Shown here: piece by piece, positions 55,877 through 64,000 of the stretch
Position numbering within the stretch: the stretch's first letter is position 1
How the letters are laid out: the number at the start of each line of letters is the position of its first letter
From: Dictyostelium discoideum
Taxonomy: Eukaryota
Assembly (NCBI GenBank): GCA_000004695.1
Contig: CM000152.2
Span: 1,344,001-1,408,000, forward strand
Length of the DNA stretch: 64,000 bases
Direction: 5' to 3'
Notes under the pieces: model-generated
Told to the model about the DNA's origin: nothing
The model's database searches: none
The model's input: only the letters and a program-made list of their open reading frames with translations
Made by a program: the position numbers and the translations under genes

Positions 55877-58800
55877 ATGAAAATAATAAATTTAATAATA
55901 TTATTTTTTATATTTTTTATAAATTTAATAAATTGCCAGTTTGAATATGATGGTATTAAAATTTATGATTTAACAGAAAAACAAACTTTAACAAATTATA
56001 AGAGTATACTAAATGTGGGATATTATTGTGGTTTTTATTTAAATTTATTAATCGTAGATGAAAGAGTTGATCAAAGTTTTTATGAAGCAACTTTTTCTTA
56101 TAGTAATTTAGAGGTAATGGTTAACAGTTATAATGTACTTTATGAAAATTCAACATCAAAATTATATCAAGTATTTATTCTTTCCTCGAAAATTGGTATT
56201 ATAGAATCATTATCATTACAAACTTTAATTGATGGTACAATACAATTTCAATATCCATTGGAAAATAATTTAACATGTATTGAAATTGATGTGGATAATT
56301 TAAATATAACAGTACTTCAAAATAATAATAATTTCGATTGGAATGCCTTTCAATCATTCTATGCATTCATTAAAATCCAAGGTTTAATATATCCAGTAGA
56401 AATTGTAATTGGTAATCCATTTTATATAGAACATATTTATAGTGATGTTTATAAAGTTACATTTTCAGAATATACTGGTATAGATTTAATTAAAGATGAT
56501 TTATATAAAGATTGGAATATTTCATTATTTTTCACTTTTGATCAAGTTGAACCAATAAATGTTTATATTCCATCATTCTATGGTAGTAATAATAATAATA
56601 ATATAAATCAAAATCAAATATTAAATTTTGAAACATTTCCAAAAGATACTTTAAATGTCATACAATGTATGGGTGAAAGGTATGGACCATTATTCAAGTT
56701 TACTTTAACTTCTCCAAATATAAAGAGACCATTACAATTTATAGATCAAAATTTTGCTTATCCAAATTTAATATCATCATTGGGTGGTGATAATTATTTT
56801 CAATATATTGGTTATTTCAATACTATGTATGCAAATTATATTTCAGCTACAAATTATACATTTAAAGTTCAAAATAATGATAAAATCCAAGATTTCAATA
56901 CAACTCCTTTAATGATTAAAGATAAATTTACTGGATCTACTAGTTTTCCAATGCATATAGATCCTCCAACTTATTTTATAAATGGACCAAATCTTTTAGT
57001 GGTTTCTATTAATGGTATAAATACAGCACAATATGGTTTGGGATTATTTCATTATCAATATGCTGAAAAAGATATTTACCCAAATGCACCATTTGGTTTT
57101 TCACTTGGTAATAATTTAAATTTTAATTATAATGTATCTTTACCATTCAATTATTTAACTGTATTAAATGACTTTCATCCAAATCTAATATTTCAAGAAT
57201 ATTCAAATTTACAAACTTCAATTGAAGTTTATGATCTTCAAAGAAGAAGTAAATATTATATTTAAACTTTATTTGTATATACATATTACAACAAATTGAA
57301 TATCAAATAACATAACAATATTAATAATTATTAATTTTATTTAAATATCTATAGATTTAACTCTTAAAATTCAATCAATTGATTCTTTAGAACTTATTCA
57401 TTTATATGATTCATTTTTTTTAGTTAGAATTTCTATAATTTCACCAAATGGATTATTTAAAATTGTAATAGATGATAGTATTGAATTTAAATCTTTAGAA
57501 TATTTAGTTTCTGGTACTATATATAATGGAAACTATGAATTTAAAATGAATTTATTTGGATCTTATCTCAAATTTGTTTTATATGATAATGTTGAATTTT
57601 CACAAACTTTTTATGAAGGTGATTATTATTCAATTAATCCTATTAAAAGAATTATTTTACCAGATTTAATTAGTAATGGTAGGTTTTTTTTTAAAAATCT
57701 AATTTATTTTATTAAAAAATTTTTTTTTTTTAATTAACATATTAATCATTATTCAACCCATATATATAGTTAATTTTGATATTTATAAAATTGAAAATTT
57801 TAAATTTTTAAAAATTGATAATCCAATTGATATTACAAATAAATCAATATCAAATAGATTATATTTTAATTATTCAAATATTGATAATGTTAATAGACCA
57901 ATTGGGTTTATATTATTGGATCCATTATCATTTGATACAGTTAATCCATTTTTATCCAATAAAATTTATTATGCGAAATGGGTAAAAGAAATTGGATTAT
58001 TTGTAGTTGATTTTATAATACCTGCAAATACTCAACCAGGTTTATTACCATGGATGTTATATTTTAATTACAATGTTCAATTATTTAGCTCAAATTTACC
58101 ATTGGAAAGTCAATATCAATTGAATGTAACTTCAGACAATGTAGATTTATATGGTCCAATCTTTTCAAAGATTCAAAAATACCCAGGAAATGGTGATTCA
58201 GGTGTTGGCTGGGATATTACAATCTCTGATCCAATTAATGGCTTCACCAATGGATTTATAGTTGTAATGGGGTCAATTGATAATTCAATTTATAATATTT
58301 CAATTGGATCACCAGTTAGAGGTACCCCTGGTATTCAATCATTTGACTATAGTTTAACAATTATTAAACCTGGTGAATCATGTATCAATCAAGATTATGT
58401 TATTACTCAAGTGATTTTATATGATTCTATGGGTGTAAATTCAACATTTTCAATACAAACTCTCTATCCAAATCCTATTAAGAATCCTTTTATAAATTAT
58501 TTAGATGACATTTCAATCAATAGTTTTACTACAACACGTTGTAATTCATTAGATAATACACCACCATCTATTTCAAGTTTTGTAGTTTCAAGAGAATCAA
58601 TTGACCTTTTTCAATCAAATAGAATTGTTGAATTTAATTTTACAATTACAGATGGTGAAAGTGGTATTAAAATAAACTCTCAACATCCAAAAATTTATCT
58701 AACTAGCAAAGATTTAACAATTTTAGAATGTCAAACAAATATTTCAACCATTATAAGTTTATATACTGTTTCCTATTATTGCAGTATTGAATTACCATTT

Positions 58801-60312
58801 AAAGGTAGTGATAGTGGTTATATAATTTCAATTTATGGTTTATTAAATAATGGTGGATCTTATAAAGGTTATTCTTCAGATGAACTAAATAGTTTAAATT
58901 TACCTTGGTATATTGATGTAATGAATTCAATTAATAATAATCCAGTACCCATAATTACCAATACTAGCTCAATCACTATTTATGGTGGTGATTTATGGGT
59001 ATTTGGTTTTGGATTTAATAACAGTCAAACGATTACAGTTGAAATCAATTCAAAACAAATTACAATACCAACAAATTCAATTACTTGTTATAACACTGCA
59101 TTATTAATTTCAAATTTACGACCAACAAATAATTCATTCACCATTAAAGTTGAAAATTCAAATACTTGGGTAGTTTTTCCAATTAATTATAATTTACCAC
59201 CTATAGTTGAAATTACTTCCTCTTCAGAATCTACTTCTTCTTCCTCCTCCTCCTCCTCTTCGGGTTCTGAAATCGAAGATCAATGTTCCATATTAAATTG
59301 TGGTAATAGTAGTCAAGGTTATTGTAATGTTTATTCATGTATTTGTTATAACCCATGGTCTGGAAAAGATTGCACTCAAAAACAAATTGTTATTTCACCT
59401 CCAACTATAAATACTACAGATCCAACATCTAATATTCCAACTTTAGATAATAATAATATTTTATATAATTCATTAATTTCTATTGTATCACTTAGAGAAT
59501 TGGATTTCAATGGAAAGAGTATTAAATCATTTACATTTGATAATAAATGGTTATTAACAGAATTAGGTAAAAACAAGAATCAATACTATACAAATATTAC
59601 AACATCCTCACTGTCAACTCCAAATTTAATGGTTACAACCAATATTACAGTAACATTGGAATGGTTTACTGAATTAACCAGTGTTATTTTTGCTAAAAAA
59701 AATCTAACAATGAATCCATTTTCTGTTAAATATACAATAGAAATTTCTAAATATGCATTTTCTGGCCAATTAAATCAACTTGAATTGGTAATGTCCGCTT
59801 TATTTGGATCTTCAAAAACTAAAGACGTTTGTGCATCTCAAGAATTTATAAGCGAAAATGAAAATGATTATTTAAAAATTCAAATTCAAGATCATTCTTT
59901 AAATGGTAGATTTATTAAACGTGCATATATTGATTCAAAAGTAGCAACTGTTTCAAATGTACTTTTAGATTCTTCTATGAATAAAATTGAACAATCCAAT
60001 GAAATATCACCAAACCAAGTTCAATCTTTTGTTGGAATTATAATACCAATTTACAGTTTTAAAGCATTGATCGACCCTGATTTTAGCGTTTTATTAGATA
60101 GTAATGAAAATACAAATGAAAATAATTCAAATTCTGTTTGTACTAGTGGTTCATCTGGTTTATCAAATTCTCAATTAGCTGGTATAGTTATTGGATCCTT
60201 TGGTTTTGCATCTGTTATTGCAATTTCAATTGCTTACTATTTTTATAAAAAGAGAAAAAATCAAAATTTCATTAAAAATGTTCAAACTAAATTAAAACCA
60301 ATGAACCAATAA
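55877..60312 (+). CDS. Large secreted type-I transmembrane glycoprotein (about 1412 aa) with an EGF-like Cys module and a single C-terminal TM helix; 3 exons, join(55877..57248,57355..57678,57770..60312)
   Basis: ATG at 55877 with a signal peptide (MKIINLIILFFIFFINLINCQ). Exon 1 ends ...DLQRR (plus an A) at a GTAAAT donor at 57249. Exon 2 follows a CTATAG acceptor at 57353-57354 and is in frame with the ORF at 57546..57737; it ends ...LISN (plus a G) at a GTAGGT donor at 57679. Exon 3 follows a TATATAG acceptor at 57768-57769 and joins the frame of the ORF at 57916..60312 (listed M is a TTG). Many N-x-S/T sequons are present. The EGF-like module reads CSILNCGNSSQGYCNVYSCICYNPWSGKDCTQ. The TM helix (LAGIVIGSFGFASVIAISIAYYFY) is followed by a short basic tail (KKRKNQNF). 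Confidence 0.7.
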
Positions 60313-60419
60313 TAATAATAATAATTTGGTGAATAAAAATGGTTTTTATCGATAATAATTAAATAAATAAAAGCACACACACATGAATTTTTTATAAGGA
60401 TAAATAAAATTTTATTATA

Positions 60420-63320
<2,901 letters not shown>

Positions 63321-63660
63321 TTTGTTTTTATGAGTTTTGTTTTTTATAAAAATAAAAAAAAAAAAAAGTAAAAAAATAAGAAAATAAAAATTTCATTTTC
63401 AAAAAATTTAATAAAAAAAAAAATATTATTATTTTTTGTTAAATAAATAAAATAAATTTATTTATTTATTTTTTTATTTTTTATATTTTTATTTATATTA
63501 ATTTTTGTCCAATTTAATTTATAAATATTAAACTATATAAAATTAAAAAAAAATGAAACATTTGATATAATAATGATTTTCATCTCCATTCTTGTTTTTT
63601 AATTTAATTTTTCACTTATGGAATTGATGATTTCTCAAATTAAAAAAAAAAAAAAAGGAA

Positions 63661-63692
<32 letters not shown>

Positions 63693-63771
63693 TTTTATTA
63701 AATTAAAAATTTGTGTGATTTTCACATGGTTTAAATTATCCTTCAACAAAATAAATAAAATAAAATAAATA

Positions 63772-64000
63772 ATGATAAAAATAATATTATTAATTTTATT
63801 AATAACAATAATAAAATTAATTAATTGTATAGAAGTTGAAGGAAATTCAAATGATAAACAACTATTATTATTAGATAATAAATACCGAGAGAAGGAACCA
63901 ATTGGATTAGAGAATATATTATTTGCAAATAATGAAGATGTAATTAATAGAGGATTGGGTAAATTAAAAGATCAGGGTATTATTTGCAAGGGTGGTAATA
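63772..64000 (+). CDS. 5' end of a gene for a predicted secreted protein (signal peptide), truncated by the window end
   Basis: ATG at 63772. The translation is MIKIILLILLITIIKLINCIEVEGNSNDKQLLLLDNKYREKEPIGLENILFANNEDVINRGLGKLKDQGIICKGGN.... It has a hydrophobic leader with a likely cleavage after C-I-E. The frame is open to the window end. Confidence 0.4.
   Translation, partial: MIKIILLILLITIIKLINCIEVEGNSNDKQLLLLDNKYREKEPIGLENILFANNEDVINRGLGKLKDQGIICKGGN

Overview
The window is AT-rich (about 75-80% A+T) eukaryotic nuclear DNA with features typical of Dictyostelium discoideum or a close dictyostelid. Evidence for that origin:
- Coding regions are full of in-frame (AAT)n/(CAA)n tracts giving poly-Asn/Gln.
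- Introns are short (68-120 nt) and AT-rich, with GTAAGT-like donors and poly(A/T)-AG acceptors.
- Intergenic DNA is poly(dA)/poly(dT)-rich.
- One gene carries FNIP repeats, a Dictyostelium-specific repeat family.

I resolved about 25 protein-coding genes on both strands by translating and joining exons by hand.

Confidently recognised products:
- mitochondrial ribosomal protein bL27 (3' part)
- a sulfite-oxidase-family molybdopterin (Moco) enzyme lacking the cytochrome b5 domain
- an RGS-domain protein
- a Cdc7/Cdc15/MAP3K-epsilon-like STE kinase with a long ARM/HEAT tail (4 exons)
- Sua5/YrdC (t6A biosynthesis)
- a tubulin-tyrosine-ligase-like enzyme
- Mob1 (3 exons, including a 14-nt first exon)
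- an LRR-pseudokinase-ARM protein
- a Nudix hydrolase
- ribosomal protein L9/uL6
- XPB/ERCC3 (repB)
- a FNIP-repeat protein
- a PARP1-like poly(ADP-ribose) polymerase (5 exons)
- a large 3-exon type-I transmembrane glycoprotein with an EGF-like module
- a TPR plus atypical-kinase protein

Several further products are low-complexity or hypothetical.

I found no rRNA, tRNA, CRISPR array, transposon or prokaryote-style defence island.

Most unusual observations:
- a Clu-domain/TPR/SH2 protein (4299..6881)
- a 5.8-kb AT-rich gene desert with CA-rich islands (8375..14186)
- a coding-looking small ORF whose splice phase cannot be joined to the LRR exon downstream (32167..32361)
- a frame-disrupted membrane-protein gene (54094..54800)
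- long microsatellites lying in introns and promoters

Caveat on the ORF track: it uses alternative start codons. Several listed M residues are really TTG or GTG (starts at 26542, 45664, 53080, 54639, 57916, 60767, 62926). True 5' ends were therefore inferred from splicing.
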